From: a virus | Lineage: Duplodnaviria > Caudoviricetes | IMG/VR virus record: IMGVR_UViG_3300025154_000124 | Location: 1-54,578 of that record | Length of the DNA: 54,578 nucleotides | Reading direction: 5' to 3' (one strand) | Shown here: one piece after another, positions 54,536 to 54,578 of the stretch | How positions within the stretch are numbered: position 1 is the first letter of the stretch | Layout of the letters: the number at the start of each line of letters is the position of its first letter | Notes under the pieces: generated by a model | What the model saw: the letters and a program-made list of their open reading frames with translations, nothing else | Told to the model about the DNA's origin: nothing | The model's database searches: none | Position numbers and translations under genes: made by a program

Positions 54536-54578
54536 TACTCCCCCCGGTCCCCTAAAAAAGGTAAATTACTCATGGACA

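Larger units (their letters stand above)
1..54578. mobile_element. Temperate tailed (siphovirus-like) phage, partial genome, probably excised/virion form
   Basis: Gene order is TMP, Dit, Tal, RBP, holin, amidase, accessory genes, integrase, repressor, cro, replication, late activator, HNH. No host housekeeping genes are present. Confidence 0.97.

Noticed and set aside
1-54578. Additional remote VR targets of the TR
   Set aside because: No second TR-like sequence was found by eye in the window; the rest of the genome is not visible.
1-54578. CRISPR array, tRNA or rRNA genes
   Set aside because: No regularly spaced repeat-spacer array or cloverleaf was seen; a tRNAscan run was not possible.
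54538-54578. C-rich stretch after the last HNH as cos site
   Set aside because: Position is plausible, but the window ends here and termini data are needed.

Overview
The whole window is one temperate, siphovirus-like phage of a spore-forming Firmicute. A Clostridia/Peptococcaceae-like host is inferred from gene content only. The window runs from the middle of the tape-measure gene through the tail, lysis, accessory, lysogeny, early, replication and late-control genes to HNH genes where packaging genes normally begin. Head and large-terminase genes are outside the window. The integrase has direct-repeat arm sites on both sides of a short spacer and no host DNA, so this looks like the excised or virion form with an intact attP. 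The clearest system is a diversity-generating retroelement (DGR) in the tail module. It has a 451-aa target with VR at 7187-7290, a hairpin, TR at 7382-7485 (17 mismatches, all at TR adenines) and an RT at 7617-8681. No avd gene is recognisable, and the TR is closed by a 16-bp RNA helix containing G-U pairs. Other notable items: (1) a minus-strand module encoding a VirB2-like membrane protein, an M23 peptidase, a VirB4/HerA-like ATPase and a type IV pilin, with a shared upstream palindromic motif; (2) a HipA-like kinase paired with a HipS-HIRAN protein; (3) three tandem convergent-gene cassettes with sigma-H-like promoters containing the Spo0A box, plus a stand-alone Spo0A DNA-binding domain; (4) an intein in UvrD whose insert looks GIY-YIG-like; (5) a second replication-initiator-like gene whose RBS is locked in a hairpin. 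All family calls are from motif recognition by eye; no database searches were run.
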